From a virus (taxonomy: Duplodnaviria; Caudoviricetes), in the IMG/VR virus record IMGVR_UViG_3300044652_000033, positions 1 through 26,832 of that record: a stretch of DNA of 26,832 bases; one strand, 5' to 3'. The notes below the pieces were generated by a model. That model was not told where the DNA came from. It was given only the letters and a program-made list of their open reading frames with translations, and ran no database searches. A program made the position numbers and the translations under genes. Positions 24,883 through 26,832 of the stretch are shown here, in pieces (the first letter of the stretch is position 1; the number at the start of each line of letters is the position of its first letter).

Positions 24883-25490
24883 ATCTCTCCTGTCACTTTT
24901 TGGTTTAAAATGCAATCCACAGCAAAATCCACAGCTTTATCGGCCGGCATCGGCTCTACGGGCAAACTGGGATCGAAGGCGTTTAGGTCAACGCAGGTAT
25001 GGTACATGCCCGTGTCCACTAGCCCCAGAGCCAGCCCGTTCACGCGAATCCCTTTCGACAACAGTTCCCGCGAAGCCGACAGCACCCACTCCGCCACCCA
25101 GGCTTTGGAGCAGTTGTAGAGGATCTGATTTTTTGGGTGGTCGTAAATGTCGTGGGACAACATGCAGAAAATCGACCCACGAATCAACCTGTCCCTCAGC
25201 AAAGTACGAGTAGCGAGAAGCGGCGCCCAGGCGTTGACGATGGTCACCCGAAAGAGGTCATCGAACGTAAAAAGATCGCAGCTACCAAACGCTAGCACGC
25301 CGGAATTGAAAACAACGATATCGACAGGTGAACCATGCAGGTGCTGGGCTATTTTTTCGTACGCCATATCATTCTGGAGGTCGAATCCGTTCGACCGCGA
25401 GACGCCAACAACGTTATGCCCTTGCTCCGTCAGCTTTTTTCGGAGCAGGCTCCCGATGCCACCTGTATGACCGACTAGAAGAATCTTCAC
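24858..25490 (-). CDS. Short-chain dehydrogenase/reductase (SDR)
   Basis: GHTGGIG, VFNSG, VN, YNCSK (YxxxK), GIRVNGLALGLVDTGM; start revised to GTG 25490 (GTGA overlap, GGAGG SD). Confidence 0.85.
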   Translation of the reverse strand: MKILLVGHTGGIGSLLRKKLTEQGHNVVGVSRSNGFDLQNDMAYEKIAQHLHGSPVDIVVFNSGVLAFGSCDLFTFDDLFRVTIVNAWAPLLATRTLLRDRLIRGSIFCMLSHDIYDHPKNQILYNCSKAWVAEWVLSASRELLSKGIRVNGLALGLVDTGMYHTCVDLNAFDPSLPVEPMPADKAVDFAVDCILNQKVTGEIWKLPSFQ

Positions 25491-26542
25491 AGCAACCTCC
25501 CCCATCCGCGATTTTGTACCTTGTATTGATTCGAAATGTCCACGAACGTTTTGGCGTTGTATAGCCCTCGCTGCGTCAAACTGGTGCAAAGCTGGCGCAG
25601 TTCGAATCCCTTTTTCGCTACCCGGTCTTCCAGATCCCGAAGGACAGGCTTGGGGAGGTTCTTCAGAGCGAAGGCGTTCGCCTTCCCAGCGTTCGCCATT
25701 ACGTCGGAGACATGAAGGACGCGCAGGCGGAGGCGACCGTTTGCAGTCGGAACCGTGTCCACGATTGAGCCAAATGCAGCGACTTTGAGCCAGCTGGAAC
25801 TATCGACGCTGTACCACGGGTACGCGAATGCCGCCCGGCCTGTCTGCGCGAACCCATGCAGGTAAACGTTGTGCTTGGCGGCGAGGTTGAAAACCCGGTC
25901 GTAATACTGACGACGGTAGTTGCCGCCCTGCGTAGCGTGCGACCATGAAATACCGATCAGTTTATGCCCGTCGTCAATGTACCGCTCCATCCACTCCAGC
26001 GTTTCATTCCCGTGGTAGACAGGGATCGGGCGGATGCCCAAGCGGTAGAGGTCGCGCAAGACTCGGAAAATCGCCGCGCAGCCCTTTTCGTAATCGAAGT
26101 TCACGTAAAACGCGAACCGTCCGTACTTGGCCTGGTAATCGCACACGAATTTGGCGTACCGCTCCACGTACCCGGCCACCAGCATTTTAATGGCGGTCAG
26201 TTTATCGACTCCGGAGGGCAGGTTCGGGAGCTTTTTGCCCTTGAAAAACACGTTATGGAACGTATGCGCGCCGCTGTCGAGGAACACCCGAACACCGTGC
26301 GTCATGCAGAAGTCGAGCGCCTTGCGATTTTCCTGACTGAACAAACCCGTGTCGGTCCCACAATATGCGTAGGACAAGCAACGATGGCGCACACCGACGC
26401 GCAGGAAGTCCTCCTCCGTAGCCTGAGCCGACTTCGGGATGCCAGAAAAATAGATGATGGGATGAGGGTCGCCTGGTTGCGGACCGTCCCATTCCGCTAT
26501 GCCAAGCGTTTTTTCAGGCTTGGGGGTAGGAAGAGCCGACAT
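25487..26542 (-). CDS. dpdA: DpdA/TGT-like guanine transglycosylase, copy 1
   Basis: VFLDSGAHTF, NFD, PIPVYH, LHGFA and WYSVDSSSW motifs; start revised to ATG 26542 with GGAG SD. Confidence 0.8.
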   Translation of the reverse strand: MSALPTPKPEKTLGIAEWDGPQPGDPHPIIYFSGIPKSAQATEEDFLRVGVRHRCLSYAYCGTDTGLFSQENRKALDFCMTHGVRVFLDSGAHTFHNVFFKGKKLPNLPSGVDKLTAIKMLVAGYVERYAKFVCDYQAKYGRFAFYVNFDYEKGCAAIFRVLRDLYRLGIRPIPVYHGNETLEWMERYIDDGHKLIGISWSHATQGGNYRRQYYDRVFNLAAKHNVYLHGFAQTGRAAFAYPWYSVDSSSWLKVAAFGSIVDTVPTANGRLRLRVLHVSDVMANAGKANAFALKNLPKPVLRDLEDRVAKKGFELRQLCTSLTQRGLYNAKTFVDISNQYKVQNRGWGRLL

Positions 26543-26748
26543 AATCTCCGATCGTCGCAAAGGATCCTGCAGGCCGTTACCTGAGGGTTGTATGCGCCTC
26601 CAAAGCAAATATTCACAGACTCGCGCATGGCGAGGTAGCATTCTGCGCAGACCAGAGTGCGCGGAAAAAAGCGCAGGTCGGCGACACTCTTTTCATTGTG
26701 CCGATCCCCGCACACCGCGCACTCATAGAAACGCTTAAATTGCGCCAC
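26497..26748 (-). CDS. Small Cys-rich protein (CAVC..CAEC..CFG..C...C.....C)
   Basis: Eight cysteines in 83 aa; first gene after a promoter-like motif. Confidence 0.6.
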   Translation of the reverse strand: MAQFKRFYECAVCGDRHNEKSVADLRFFPRTLVCAECYLAMRESVNICFGGAYNPQVTACRILCDDRRLCRLFLPPSLKKRLA

Positions 26749-26763
26749 ACCGAATTGTACAGG
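26748..26763 (-). promoter_or_regulatory. Promoter-like motif CCTGTACAATTCGGTG at the head of the dpdA cluster
   Basis: 15/16 identical to 16919-16934; follows a TAG that probably ends the upstream gene. Confidence 0.55.
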
Positions 26764-26832
26764 AAGGCTACTTCATCGAGACAACGAGGCGGACATCCGC
26801 GCAGGTTATCTGGTGTCGGGCGGACAGGGTCC

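Overview
A segment of a large dsDNA phage or prophage genome. All credible genes lie on the minus strand and are tightly packed, with frequent ATGA/GTGA/TGATG overlaps. It holds a replication/recombination module: family A DNA polymerase with an N-terminal UDG-like domain, DnaN-like clamp, DnaX-like clamp loader, gp32-like SSB, RecA, a single-polypeptide Mre11-Rad50 (SbcD-SbcC) fusion and a Holliday junction resolvase. Interleaved with it is an unusually elaborate 7-deazaguanine-type DNA modification gene set: folE, queD, a queE with an atypical CX27CX9C motif, a second degenerate queE paralog, two DpdA/TGT-like transglycosylases, and neighbouring SDR, HAD phosphatase, SAM methyltransferase and DUF550/MazG-like nucleotide hydrolase genes. 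No queC, queF or gat-queC is visible in the window. Also present: a free-standing NUMOD3/TnsA-like endonuclease after queE, many small Cys-rich ORFs, a recurring CTGTACAAT promoter-like motif, a long G-U-rich hairpin between ssb and recA, a 19-bp gene-boundary direct repeat, and two apparently broken genes near the left end. All calls come from reading motifs by eye; no searches were run.
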